A DNA stretch of 64,000 nt, from positions 5,204,792-5,268,791 of the forward strand of contig MU058384.1 in NCBI GenBank assembly GCA_013265495.1, read 5' to 3'. Both the position numbers and the translations under genes were made by a program. The notes beneath the pieces were generated by a model that was given only the letters and a program-made list of their open reading frames with translations, was not told where the DNA came from and did not search any database. This stretch comes from Vicugna vicugna (taxonomy: Eukaryota). Below are positions 9,541 to 22,440 of the stretch, piece by piece (within the stretch, counting starts at the first letter, position 1; the number at the start of each line of letters is the position of its first letter).

Positions 9541-9921
9541 CAAGGAGAAGGGAATAGTGATGGAGCTGGTGCTGGTGAGAACCAAAATGGAAGGTCTAGG
9601 AAGACGCCAGATCTAGAGCACTTTGCAATTCATGTGCAGTTGTTTCCAAATGGTTGCTCAAAGGCTAACTAGTATGAGACCTTAAAGAGAGTACACAGAA
9701 AATGAGATGTACATGCAATTTTCTGTAAAGATATGATTAAACTCAGGAAAAATAACTCCTCCTCCTCTTCTCTCCTTATTCTCTCCCTCTCTCCCTCCCA
9801 CTTTTTCTTTTACTTCCCCAAGCATATAGTAGAAACATTGACATTTATTTTATAATACAGAATCAAGTTGAGGCACTACATATGTGTCTAGCCATGATCT
9901 TTACTTATAATACAAGTAAAT

Positions 9922-10168
9922 AATGTCTTAATTCACAAATTAATAAATTGATATTCTCTAATATATATTGTAGTACCAAACAAATGTGCATATTTTAGAG
10001 TTAGGGCAATCTAATCACAGGCTAGTTGTGTTGCTTCAGTTTAAAATGTTTTAATTCACAAATTAATAAATTGATACTCTCTAATATATATTGTAGTACC
10101 AAACAAATGTGCATATTTTAGATTTAGGGCAATCTAATCACAGGCTAGTTGTGTTGCTTCAGTTTAAA
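9922..10168. repeat. 123-bp tandem duplication, two copies
   Basis: 9922-10044 is repeated at 10045-10168 with three mismatches. Confidence 0.95.
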
Positions 10169-10399
10169 TAACAAAACTATATTGAAAAAAATCAACGAAG
10201 GCAAGACATCAAATATTAAAGGTAATAATTTGAGAGTGATGGCATTTTGATTTTTTAGTTCCTTCTTTACACTTTTCTATAGTTTCTAAAATCACCTCAG
10301 TAGACACATATCACTTTTAGAACATAATCAACTATTAAAATGTAATGACTCTGTTGCTTAAATTTTTGCTTCAGAGTCAGAGACAATATATTATTTTTC

Positions 10400-10657
10400 A
10401 AAAGCTAGTCAGCTCCACCTTTGTAGGGAGAAACAGCCACAGACAGTATGTAGATATATGAGCCTGGTTCTGTTTCAATACAATTTGTTTCTTGCCTTGT
10501 AATTTTAATATCGTGTAATTCGCATGTGCCATGAAACGTCCTTTTGATTTTTTTTCAACTACTTAAAAATGCAAAATTCGTTCTTGTGTCATGAACTATA
10601 CAAAAACAGGTGGTAGGCCACCTCTGGCCCATGGGCTGTTGTCTGTTGACTCCTGCT
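10400..10657. mobile_element. MER58B-like hAT-Charlie relic
   Basis: aaacagccacagacagtatgta and terminal aaaacaggtggtaggcca...tgttgactcctg. Confidence 0.65.
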
Positions 10658-11309
10658 CTAAGACCATTTGTTGAAAAATGTTAAGGGATGTGGAGAAGCT
10701 CTGTGTCATCATTTCATTCATACCTTTACAGAATTACTTTGGAGACTGTATGGAGAGCAAGTGTAGTGCAGGAGTCTGTGAACGTCAATGGAGAGGCATG
10801 TGAGGATGCTGGAGCAGCGGTCCAGCAGGATGGTGAGCTGGATGAGGGTGGCTGTGAGATGTCTGGACATCTGCCTCTGTGCATAAGAAAACTAATGAGA
10901 ATTCAGATGCTGTGGTGTTCCAGGCCCTGCACTGGGACCTTCCGTAATCTCCTCTCGATTTGAAGCCAAGTGCAAATCTCCACTTTCCATTAAACGTTCC
11001 TATTTCCAGCTCTAAAAGCGATGCCTGAAATTCTTGCCATTCTAGTCCCCCATTTTAGTCACGGCTTTGTCCCCAGAAAGCTCTTGTTACCTGGGAGATT
11101 GATATACTCAAAGATTGAAGGAACCAAATATTGTAGTTTTTAATTTGTCTGATAATTTGCCTGTAGTATTTGAAAATAGAAAGCCTGGACTAGAAGCAAG
11201 GAGTGATGCATTTTGAGTGGGTGAAGTCAGGGAAGGCTAGAGCACAGTGTCCTTCCTTGAGGAAACTAGGGTGTGGGTGGGACCAAGGAGAGGCAGTTCA
11301 CATTAACTG

Positions 11310-11800
11310 TTACGTGTCCCTGTACATTGAAGTCCTAACCACCTCAGAATGTGACTGTATTTGGGGATAGATGCCCCCCACCCATTTTCCCTTTGGCTGG
11401 GTGATAATTGGCCTTATTTATTTGATGCAGGTACTGGGGATTGAGCCCAGGGCCTTGTGCATGCTGGGCATGGCACTCTGCCACTGAGCTATACATCCCC
11501 TCGCCCTCACCCCGGAGACAGGGTCTTTAAAGAGGTAATTCGGTTAAAATTAGTTCATTCAGGGCCCTACTCCAGTGACTGCTGTCTTTGTAAGAAAAGG
11601 GGATTAGGACACAGGCAAACACAAAGGGAAAACCACATGAAGACTCAGGAAGGTCCTTCTACAAGCCACGCAGAGAGGCCTCAGAAGAGACCTTGACCTT
11701 GGACTTCGGGCCTTCGGAACTGTGAGGAAAATAATTATCTGTTGTTTAAGTCATCCAGTGTGTGGCATTTTGTTACGGTGGCTGTAACAAACAGAAACAC
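11310..11800 (+). mobile_element. MLT1A/B-like MaLR LTR, split by a SINE
   Basis: ttgaagtcctaacc, gaatgtgactgtatttgg, gggtctttaaagaggtaatt, ctgttgtttaagtcatccagtgtgtggcattttgttacgg. Confidence 0.8.
11371..11512 (-). mobile_element. tRNA-derived SINE inserted in the LTR
   Basis: ggtactggggattgagcccagg...ccactgagctatac; imperfect duplicated flanks ggggatag and ggagacag. Confidence 0.8.
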
Positions 11801-12357
11801 TCACCAAAGGCAGGAGCGGAAGTGTTGCTTATTTTGCAGAGATTCTTTGGGCCAGTGTTGATTACGACTGTTAATTTTGCTGAATGCTGTTAGGGCTAGG
11901 ACATTGTAACATCTTTTATGACTTTAAGATACATTTTCTTTAACTCTGTGCCTGTAGGAGGCACATGAAAGCTGGAGGGCCCGTTGAGGAGGCACCGTGG
12001 AGTGCTGGACTCAAAAAGTATCCTGAACACGTTCACGCTAAGAGACTCCAAGTCCCCATTTGTCAGGCTCAGCAAAATGGCTGGAATGACACTGCTGTTC
12101 TATGTCAAAAGAAGGGTATGTCTTAGCTTCGTTTCACCGTTAAAGCTGATTCTAGGATTCATTTACACTATCCTTCTATTCTGCACTTTTAAGTCTGTGG
12201 CTTTTCTAAGTAAAATATGAAAAATCCTTTGCAATTTAAGTTCTGTTGAAAATTACAGCTACAGCAAGCTCACCTCCTCCAAATCTTTTTTCTCTCTCGG
12301 AGTCCTCTCATAGGATTAAAAAAATTTTTTTTCTTTTTATCAAAACCTATGACTGTG

Positions 12358-12490
12358 GGGGAGGGAAATAGCTCAGTGATAGAGTGTGCTTAGCATGCGC
12401 AAAGTTCTGGGTTCAATTTCCAGTACTTCCATTAAAAAAACGAAACAAAACAAAACAAGAAACTCGGGAAAAACAAAAACCAAAAAACAT
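12358..12490 (+). mobile_element. tRNA-derived SINE (Vic-1/CHRL-like)
   Basis: ggggagggaaatagctcagtgatagag...ctgggttcaatttccagtac followed by an A-rich tail. Confidence 0.88.
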
Positions 12491-12910
12491 GTCACTGCGA
12501 CGTGGGATTATCATATTAAATGAGGTGAGGCAGACAGAGAAAGACAAATATCATATGGTATCACTTATATGGAGCCTAAAAGAAATGATACAAATGAACT
12601 TATTCATAAACTGGAAATAGACTCAGACATAGAAAACAAATTACAGTTACCAAAAGGGAACAGGGTGGAGGGAGGGATAAATTAGGAGTTTGGGATTAAC
12701 ATATGCACACTACTATTTATGAAATAGATAAACAACAAGGACCTGCTGTAGAGCACAGGAAACTATATTCAATATCTTGTAATAACCCATAATGGAAAAG
12801 AAGCTGAAAAAGAAAAAAATATATATATGTATATGTATAACAGAATCACTTTGTTCTACACCTAAAACTAACACAGCATTGTAAATCAACAATACTTCAA
12901 AAAAAAAAAT
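12491..12910 (+). mobile_element. L1 3' end fragment
   Basis: cagacagagaaagacaaatatcatatggtatcacttatatgg...cattgtaaatcaacaatacttcaaaaaaaa. Confidence 0.9.
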
Positions 12911-13039
12911 CCTCCAAATAACAACAACAAAAAAACCCCACATATGACTGTGCAGCTAAGTGGTTCAGTTCCCTACTCGCTCCTGGGGCTGCATGGAGGT
13001 AGAAAAAGGAATCTGAAATAAGGGAAAGGACAGCCTCAG

Positions 13040-13525
13040 AGCCTGGGTGGATTATTCGCCTTTACCTCTGTGTCCCAGCTCCGTCCTCTGCCCCTGCATG
13101 TCTTATGTTGCTCCCTGAGAGTTGACCTCAATGGACCACATCACTTAAACTCTTAACCCTCTGCTTTCTGGTTGGCTGGTCAATGCCAGGCACTAGCAGG
13201 GAGGGAGGGATGGAAGCACCGAGAGAGGTCTGGATATTTGTCCCCTAATCCCCCAGCTTCTGCATGCTTTGCTATAGTTCTGGAAGTTTCTCTGCCTGCA
13301 GCTAGAGCTCCAGTTGGTTGGTTCCAGGAAGAGCATTTTCTCCCTTTTTCTCTTCAGACCTAGGAGTAGTATCAGCTCTGATCTCTTCAGTTGCTAGTCC
13401 CTGGGTAATTCCCCATTCCTTATTATTTTCTTCAACTCTACCTGGCCCTCTGCAAACAGTCTTTCCATTAAACTGTTCTCAGTTAAATGTTTGAGAATGC
13501 TAATGCTAGGACCCTGATTGATACA
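13040..13525 (+). mobile_element. LTR33/LTR16-like ERVL LTR
   Basis: ccctctgctttctggttgg...caatg...cactagcaggga and 3' end ccattaaactgttctcag...ggaccctgattgataca. Confidence 0.55.
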
Positions 13526-13868
13526 GACTCATGGCTCAGAGGACATTTGTTTTCTTATATTAGATATTTAAAGCAGTATCATGTATTCTGGCAAACTTCA
13601 CTGTCCTTTTTCCTTCTGCATACCTTATTGAGAGGGAATATAGCCTAGGTCTCCCTCACTGATCTCTAGGTGAACGCTTGTTCCTTTTAAATAATTCATT
13701 CATATAAGCCATTATGTCATTCATGCATAAATCATTCATACATATTTAATTCATGCTTATAAATTCATGTATATGCATTCTTGTGGTTTTCACCAGGTGC
13801 ATGTCAGCCAGGCTGGGAAAGAATGGGGATGAAGTTACTTGTGTGAGTAGTAACAGTTGTGTATATAG

Positions 13869-14079
13869 CCAGTGGTGTGCTGGTAAATGTTTAAAAACCA
13901 GCTCTCTTGGTGGGGGAAGCCCTGATTTGTAGCATTTGCCATTTTCTGTGGTGTAAATATTTCCACCGTGGCCGATATCAAACTACCAGCGTGACATCAT
14001 TGAACATAAACTGGGAAGAGATGCTACCTAACATCAGCTCTTGCATCAGCTGGTACAAGGCGGCACCAGCATCCCACTG
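13869..14079. mobile_element. MER63-like hAT-Blackjack MITE
   Basis: Inverted termini ccagtggtgtgctgg and ccagcatcccactg; internal ccctgatttgtagcatttgcc. Confidence 0.8.
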
Positions 14080-14967
14080 TTTAAATCCAGCTGTAGTCAG
14101 ACTGGGATGAATACATTTATACTACAGCGGGAATTTAATTGTTTAAAACATTGTGGTAAAGCAATTTGTTGGGAAAGTCATTGTGAGTCAAGATGGGGTT
14201 ATTAATTAGCAGGTGAACACAAATAAGAAGCACAGGTGTGTTTGTGTTCTTGGTGGAAGGTGCCACTGCTGTTCGATCATTCCAGGTTTCAAACGCAAGT
14301 TGAAGGCAGCCTCGTGATTCCAGGATCCTGGTACAGTGTCACGGTCTTTAAACTGCTGAATGTGCTGGCTTATTGCTGCAAATCAAACTTCAGTTATTGC
14401 TGGAGGGTTTACTTTTCCCCTTTCTCAGATCAGTTTTATGTCTGATTAGCAACGTGAGGTGGGAGGGTGAAAAATTAACTGAAAATGATAGAACAACCCA
14501 CATGGTTTCATTTGACGTTCTCTGAATATACACCTGAAATGTGACCAAAATTATGTAATCAGATTTTGGAATCCAGAACCCAGGATACAGCCCTTAAGGC
14601 TTAAAAGAACAAACTTTGGAGCGAATACATAGATATAGTAAATAGCAAATATTAAAGCCATAGTACTTACAAGTCCCTAACACGGCCCATAATGAAAATA
14701 TAAATAGGTTCCAAAAGTGTTCGGAAAAATTCTAGGATGAAAGGAGTAACAGAAGTTATTATGGAAAACTGGTTATATTTCAAGTTAATACCAAACTTCT
14801 TGAAGTGAAAGACGTGCCAGTCGTGATCTCCTGCATGTTCTATATCATAAAAAGAAACTGTCAAAAATCCAATGATGGAACATTGGGAATTCATTCCAGT
14901 ATTTTTAAACTTGTGTGTAAATTCAGTTTCTGCAATTACATACTGTTGTAGAGTCTTTGTTAGAAGT

Positions 14968-15980
14968 CGGTGGTGTTCTGAGGGTGGGGCGCTAGGAACA
15001 GTCTGCCCTCTGTGCGGCAGTACGGCAGTGCATTGTCTGTAGGGAATTTAAAAACAGTAATTAACGTGGCTATGGGTTAGTCTGCTTTTTATCATCACCA
15101 TGTGCTAGTAATTCTAAACAATGGCAGTGATGAAATGCTCCTTGAAAAAGATCTGTTGTTGGTTTAAGTTCCAATTTTTATGGTTAGTACTGAATTTTAA
15201 TAGTATATACATATCTCTAACTTTGTATGTATTTATTACTTGTCCTTTAAGAAACATTGTATTCTACATAGAAGTCAATGTGGAGAATTCTCAACTATCT
15301 TGTTGGCTCCAGCACATGCGGATTTAGCTACAAATGCCTGTGTCTAGAATAAGTTCGTAATGGTTTGGAATTGTTCTAGCCTGCTTCTGATGGAGTTTGT
15401 GTCTCCAATTTCTGGGGTACTGTGTACTCCTTCATTTAAGCAGTAGATTTGATATAAATAATGATAATAGAGAGATTATAAAGAGGAAGAAACAGAACTT
15501 GAGTTCTCTCAATTCTTCGTTTTTTCTCGTTTTGTTTTTAATTTGTGTTTAAATTAGAAACAGCAAAACAGTGCCAGCTACGCAGTGTAATATTTTTGTT
15601 TGGTTACCACAAGTTTAATTCCTGTAGGAAATATTTTTCTGAATTTGACTAATACTTTAAAAATAGAATTTTATTCCTTTAAATTGTTAATTTTCTCAAA
15701 ACTGAAAGAAAAAAAGAAAAGAAAACATTACATTAATGGTAGGATTTAGAAGTAAAGTAAATTTTAACTTTTGTGGCTGTTTCAGCTTTATTAAAATCAC
15801 TCATTAATTTTATTGGCAAGATATACAGAATTCAGTAAAAGAAAATGGTAACTGCATTTACTTTCTGTCCATTATTATTTATTTCATTTCATATTTGTAT
15901 TAAAAGTAATTTTACCTCCAAAGAGGAAGAAAGTGAAAAATGCTGTGTCTGGTGTGTTAAATACACTAAGGTATGTACAC
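14968..15980. mobile_element. MER97-like hAT-Tip100 element
   Basis: 5' end gggtggggcg...gtgcattgtctgtagggaatttaaaaaca...tctgctttttatcatcaccatgtgc matches the recalled MER97 consensus; a degenerate inverted end lies near 15980. Confidence 0.7.
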
Positions 15981-16088
15981 GAAGTAAATATGAATCTTGT
16001 ATAAGTTATAGAATCATCCCCTATTATGCTTGCCTATGTTATTGTAATTGTAATGTTTTATACATTCTTTTAAAGAAAATCATCCATA

Positions 16089-16254
16089 GAGGGAGTGTCT
16101 AGCTCAGTGGTTGATCTCATGCTTAGCACAGATGAGCTTCTGGGTTCAATCCCCAGTAACTCCATTAAAATAAATAAGCAAATAAATAATTTAATTCCCT
16201 CCCCCCAAAACAAAGCAAAAAATTAAACAAAAATAAAATATGTATATTAAAAAA
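16089..16254 (+). mobile_element. tRNA-derived SINE with TSD
   Basis: tagctcagtggttg...ctgggttcaatccccagta; aagaaaatcatcc(a/g)ta is duplicated at 16073-16088 and 16255-16270. Confidence 0.9.
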
Positions 16255-16294
16255 AAGAAAATCATCCGTAATAAGCCTTAAGATCCTACTCTAA

Positions 16295-16354
16295 CCAGAA
16301 ATTACACAACATTGTAAATCAACTATACTTCAATCAATCAATCAATCAATCAAT
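16295..16354 (+). mobile_element. 60-bp L1 3' tip with (TCAA)n tail and perfect 14-bp TSD
   Basis: cacaacattgtaaatcaactatacttcaat; agatcctactctaa at 16281-16294 and 16355-16368. Confidence 0.88.
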
Positions 16355-16907
16355 AGATCCTACTCTAAAGGATGCCAGGTATAACAGACCCCAGTGACGC
16401 AGACATAGAGACAATATCTGTCCCCAGGAGCCTGCAGGAGAGGAGCCCCGAGCACATTCAGTTCTGCTCCCTCACACAGTGGTCACCATGGGCTTAGAGG
16501 CTGAATGTCCCTGGAGGACTGTGAACTTAAAACTCTGTGCTCAGAGGCTAAGAGAAAAAGAAGCAGATGAAAATGTCCATTTAGGCCATTTTGCACAGTC
16601 ATGTACACAAACAATCATAGTTTGGTAAAAGAGCATCTTTTCCTCCTTTGACAGCACTGTCACCCCATGTGACCTCTGTCCATCTGTAATTCCCAAATGA
16701 GTGATATGAGGAGTCAGAATGTCTCATCACCAAAACTACTGATCAAACCTCCAGTCTGTTGCTTCCTGCAAAATATCACACCTGAAGAAGGAGTTGATCC
16801 TTGGAATCTCTTACTAGAAATCAGTAAAATGAAACTGCTGCTACTATCATATTTAAATATATATTGTGTGTATATATGTGTGTGTGTGTGTGTGTATGTG
16901 TGTATGA

Positions 16908-17283
16908 CACACACACACACAATGGAATACTACTCAGCCATAAAAAAGAATGAAAATTTTGCCTTTTGCAGCAACATGGATGGACTTGGAGGGCATTAAG
17001 CTAAGTGAAATAAGTCAGATAGAGAAAGACAAATACTGTATAATATCACTTGTATGTGCAATATAAAAAATACAAAATATTAGTGAATAAAATAAAAAAG
17101 AAGCAGACTCACAGATATAGAGAACAAACCAGTGGTTACCAGAGGGGAGAGAGAAGAAGGGAGGGACAATATAGGGATGGGGGGAAAAGTGTTATTATGG
17201 GATTATATGAAATTGTATGTGAAACTTTTAAAAATTGTAAAGCACTATAGAATTTAAAGAATTTTTCATTCAATTAAAAAAAA
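16908..17283 (+). mobile_element. L1 3' end fragment preceded by a TG/CA microsatellite
   Basis: caatggaatactactcagccataaaaaagaatgaa...gcagcaacatggatggacttggaggg...gctaagtgaaataagtcaga. Confidence 0.9.
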
Positions 17284-17489
17284 CATTTTTCATAACAAAA
17301 AAGTGCACATTCAGAAAAGTTTACAATCAGGACTTTGTTTAAATTTTTAATTTGTCCTTTCTTTTGAAGAACATTTGTTCCTAGGACAGTGTGTCGAATC
17401 CCTAGTACCAGTTGAGGCAGGTTAGTTCCTTGAGTTCCTAATTTAATGTGCTTTAACTTAATCACATGGAATCAATATTCTTTCTTTCT

Positions 17490-17994
17490 TTTTTCAACAT
17501 TTTTTATTGATTTATAATCATTTTACAATGTTGTGTCAAATTCCAGTGTAAAGCACAATTTTTCAGTCATACATGGACATATACACACTCATTGTCACAT
17601 TTTTTTCTCTGTGAGCTACCGTAACATTTTTTGTATATTTCCCTGTGCTATACAGTGTAATCTTGTTTATCTATTCTACAATTTTGAAATCCCAGTCTAT
17701 CCCTTCCCACCCTCCACCCCCCTGGCAACCACAAGTCTGTATTCTCTGTCTATGAGTCTATTTCTGTCTTGTATTTACGCTTTGTTTTTGTTTGTTTGTT
17801 TGGTTTTTGTTTTTGTTTTTGTTTTTTAGATTCCACATGTGAGCGATCTCATATGGTATTTTTCTTTTTCTTTCTGGCTTACTTCACTTAGAATGACATT
17901 CTCCAGGAGTATCCATGTTGCTGCAAATGGCGTTATGTTGTTGGTTTTTATGGCTGAGTAGTATTCCATTGTATAAATATACCACATCTTCTTT
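17490..17994 (-). mobile_element. Young lineage-specific L1 3' end with 15-bp TSD
   Basis: ttctggcttacttcacttagaatgac...ccatgttgctgcaaatgg; atattctttctttct at 17475-17489 and 17995-18009. Its terminus is near-identical to the copy at 34652-34784. Confidence 0.92.
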
Positions 17995-19604
17995 ATATTC
18001 TTTCTTTCTAAAAATTTAATCTATCAGAGGCTGGCAACCTCTTTTGAATGATGGAGCGTATGAAAAAAATAACTCCTTGATGTGTCAGATTATTTTTAAA
18101 AACAGAGAGACAGAAACATTTCCCATAAGCTTCAGAGAACATAATCTCCATTTCTCTAGTTTCTTTCTTAAGCAGTCTCTGAAGGTAAATTTAGAAGTTC
18201 AGGACTAAACTAAGTAATTTTTTTTTTAATTTAAAAATTATTTATTTTTTGGTGTATTTTTTTTTTTTAGTTTTCTTTTGTTGTTGTTTTTCTTTTTCTT
18301 TTGTACTAAGTAATCTTTTTTTTTAAAGTACACTATAAAAGGAAGTATTCAAAGTCAAACCACTCAACCTCAAGTATATCAGTCATATTGATCTGAACAA
18401 ATATGTCTTTCTGGTTCCAAGTTAGTTCCTTTGTGTCTTTTATGGCTACTGATGATAATGGGCTGGACATGGCTCAGGTTTGGGACAACCTGATACACTG
18501 GCTCCAGTAATAAAGCAGCATTCACTGAACAGGTCGGTGTCTGTGGTGGGATAATAAACTTGAGAATCAACCTGGATATTCTTTTCTTCTTTTTGCAACC
18601 ATATCCCAGCTGGGCTGGGAGATTTGGGGAGTTTGTTGGACTGTCCTTGAGAACAAAGACAGCAAGCTCTTAATCTAAACTTAAATGCTACATGTCCAAG
18701 TGCAAGAGAGAAAGATACCCGAAATAGACTATGGTGCTGATGTTCCAGAATTGTTTCTTTGCCCTTGACTCCCCAGACAGGAGAAATCCATCTTAAGCTG
18801 GGATGGGAGTGAGAAGGGAGTTTGGAAACGAAAAGGGTGGGAACTGACATACCATGGAATATTCTTCTATTTGGGGGTTCTGACAGTTGAGTGGATCTGT
18901 TTGTTACTTTCTGGTTAAATCCTGGGCACCGCGGACCTTGTGGAGAACTCCTCCCTGCCCCCTAAAGTGGCTGTCATCCATAGAACTGGTGGCAGGGGTA
19001 TTCTAAGCTGGAGATGCTACAGAGGTTCCCGGACCCCAGAGTGGGTAAGAAGACATTTGGAAGTTTCTGGGGCACTCGGGTAGCTCCATAGACATGAATG
19101 AAAGCACAGTTCAAACCCAGGTTCTTGATCCTTGTGTTATAAAGTTGACATAATAAGTGATTGATAGAATTGTGACCAAACTTCTGTCTTCTGCTTCATT
19201 TTCCAGGGCTCATCAGTACATGTGAACTTTTAGTGCCTCTCTGAGAGACTTAACTAGCACAAATGATGGAGCAATAGTCAGAAAAATAGAATATGTTTAT
19301 TTTTGATGTAATAAACCCTCATTGAGCACACAGTGTCAGAAGATTGCTCTCTGTTTATCATAGATAAATCCTTGTTATCTGAAGGCCTTGTGGAAAGTTT
19401 GTGGTGTTTTGGGGCTGTCACCATCCAGTATTGCCTGTGTATGAAAACGACAGGCTTAAAACTCTCCTTTTCAAGGTGTGTAAGAGAAAAACCTAAAATA
19501 TTCTGTGTAATTTATAGCTTTAATAATTCCAAATGGGAAATTTTTGCCTTTTGTGATTTTTTTTGCTTGCTGTTTTCCACTCATATAAATTAGAGGATTT
19601 AAAT

Positions 19605-19818
19605 CAGCATTGTCCAATAGAACTTTCTGCACTGATGGACGAGTTCTATATCTACAATGTCCAGTTTAGTAATCACAAGCTACATGTCACTGTTAAGCAC
19701 TTGAAATGTGGCTAGTGGAACTGAAGAATGGAATTTTTAGCGTAATTTATTTTACTTTAATTAAATTTTAATTTAATAGCCACACATGGCTAGCATCTAC
19801 CATAGTTGGTCAGTGCAG
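19605..19818. mobile_element. MER3-like hAT-Charlie MITE
   Basis: tgtccaatagaactttctgc...gcacttgaaatgtggctagt; 8-bp flanks atttaaat and atctaaac. Confidence 0.85.
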
Positions 19819-20179
19819 ATCTAAACTCTTTATTTTCCCTCCAAAGTCTATGTAGAAAATAATTTATGAAATATCTATAACAGGAGTAAAATCTGCATAA
19901 CTTTTATATAATGTGTACTGTCTCCATCATGCAGTCAACACTGGCTTTCTCCTGACCTCATTGGTTATCATTTTATATAAAAATGGTCTGACTTCCCAAT
20001 AATCTATACAGTCCTGGAGGGAAGCTGTTATGAATTACATTTTTTGCATTCTTTAAGCATCTGCCATAGGACCCTGCAGCGAGAAGTAGGCATCAATAAA
20101 TATTGACTGAATCATAATCTAACTATACTGACATCGATTTTGTAACTATGAATATATAGAAACATGCACACACACATGT

Positions 20180-20810
20180 ATTTAATCCTCATCAGTCACA
20201 GATTTTATATTTGTGAATTCACCCACTGGCTAAAATTTATTTGTAGCCCCCAAGTCGATGTTCACGGTGCTTTCACTGTCATTTATGGACATGCACAGAA
20301 TAGTGACAAATTTGAGTTTCCCATCATGCACGTTGAGAGTAAACTCTGCCTTCTCGTTTCAGCTCTCACGCTATATATGAGTGTCCTTTGCACGGCTTAT
20401 TCAGTGCCACATTTTTCGCATTTTTGTGGTTTTCATTGGTGATTTCCCTGTTTAAAACAGCCCCTAAGCTGAGTGCTGAAGTACTTGGTGTTTTAAAATG
20501 CAAGAAGGCTGATGTGCCTTACAGAGAAAATACATGTGTTAGATAAACTTCAGTCATGAGTTACAGTGCTTTGGGCTGTGAGTTCAATGTTAATGAGTCA
20601 GCAACATATATGAAATGAGGCACCTTTAAACAGATATACTCATAAAACAAGGTTCTATCTTGATGTTGATGAAAATTTGACCTGAGATTTGCAGGAACTC
20701 AACTATGTATACCCTGCATTTCTCCTTAGGAGCAATGCTTCAGTATTTGCTAATTCAGTGTTCACAATGACTTAATAGAATGTAACTAGCATGAATAATG
20801 AGAATCGGTG
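20180..20810. mobile_element. Tigger4/Zombi-like TcMar relic
   Basis: atatttgtgaattcacccactggctaaaatttatttgt, tgtgccttacagagaaaatacatgtgttagataa, gaataatgagaatc. Confidence 0.75.
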
Positions 20811-22299
20811 GCATATGCTTGCACGCGTATGTGTATATATAAAACCTGAAAATGTGTTTACACAATTGTGTGGGGTATATGGAGCAAGTTCATTACTTTA
20901 CAAGTCCACCATGCACATTATTCTGAGACAGGGAAGGGCTGATTTTAGTAGGTGATTTGTGATGACACTGGAGCGAAGAGAGATTCTAATAGAAGATTGT
21001 CACCACTTCTTATGGCCTTGTGATTGATCACAGCTATAAATTTCATTTGTATCTTTCTTCCTGCCTTCCTGTTCCTGGAGATCTAGCTCTGCCCACCCGT
21101 TCCTTTCCCTGAGGCTCTCTGATAGTGAACAAGATGAAAGTACGCCTGAGATAGCACTTACTAAATACAGAAGCATGGCCAGCCTTCTATAGTTTAGGTT
21201 GATCCCAGGGAGATTTATAACAAGGCTAAACACATCACTCCTCAATGGTATTACCTTTCTCAACAGAGTGCCGCCACTTTTACATCCCCCTGGGGAGAAG
21301 GTAGGACTTGCCTGCTCTCCTTTCGGTAATTGCAGTTGTGCAGGTCAATAGCAGAGGAGCTGGAGACCCAACGATCCTCAGTTCTGCGATAGCTCAGCAG
21401 CCAGGACAGAGAAACTGGGTCCCTTGTAATAAGCCATGTTGTCATTTCTCTCTGCCCCAGAGCACCTTATCTTTGAAAGGAATGAAGGTACGAGCCATGA
21501 CTGGCTTTGGCTGTTACGAATGTTTCATTCATAAATTAAGATTCTGAAGATGGAAATGATAATCATATAATCTGTATGACTGTGGCAGAGAACAAAATAG
21601 CTATTGTCCTATCACGCTGTTAAGGAAGCTGTGTTAAGTTACAAAGAAATTTGGATGGAAGCTTGCTGCTTCTTAAAGAGATACAATCGGTGTAAACCAA
21701 AATTAATTCCCAGTCTCAGTAAAACAAACTTTAAAACTGTCTTTCCTTTGTATGAGCATGAAATTTATTAGCCCTGAAGACATTTTAGAAAACCAACCCA
21801 TTCTCTTAATTGCAAGCATTAAAAACAAAAAGCTAGCATTCCCCCTCCCCTCTCTGCAGCTTGCATTTATCAACACCAGTGAGCATGAATGGTTGTGCCT
21901 GCTTGAGCAACTTTGGAGTGAGCCAATTTTAGTGCCCTTGTCTCAGATTTGAGATGCACTCACTCTGTGTACCCTCAGCATTCAGCTGCCTGGAGGTTGA
22001 CCCTGTGCCAAGATTGTAAGCAGCTGCCATTTCATTTGTATCTACTAGCCATCTTTTATTTACTGAGGGATTTTTTTTTTCCTTTGTGAAAATGCATACA
22101 TCGTTTTTTCCTTGTGGCTTGTTTTTATTTTAGGACGGCATCTGCTACTTTATTTAAATCTGGAAATAATTTCAAAAGTTAGTTGTCAAATTTGTCAGTA
22201 GCCCTCATTTTCCCTTGGTTTTTTTTTCCTCTCTTCCTCGACACTTTGGAAACTGGGTAAGCATTGAACCAGCATTTTCAGATGGAGGATGGTTCTGGG

Positions 22300-22440
22300 T
22301 AATTAAGCTAAATTTTCCTGTGGAGATGTGGGTTTACCATAAAGCGAATGAAACTTAACCCAGAAATACCCAGAATTATGTCTAGCCAAATATCTAGGCA
22401 CTCTGTGGCTTAGTCAAGTTGACACATAAAATTAATCGTA
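22300..22440. mobile_element. MLT2-like LTR fragment
   Basis: cagaaatacccagaattatgt...tagtcaagttgacacataaaattaa. Confidence 0.65.

Noticed and set aside
9922..10168. CRISPR-like or minisatellite array
   Set aside because: Only two contiguous copies without spacers, in a mammalian context.
12358..12430. tRNA gene (also at 16089, 11430, 7830 and 49000)
   Set aside because: A and B boxes are present, but they are followed by A-rich tails or TSDs and the cloverleaf is degenerate; these are SINEs.
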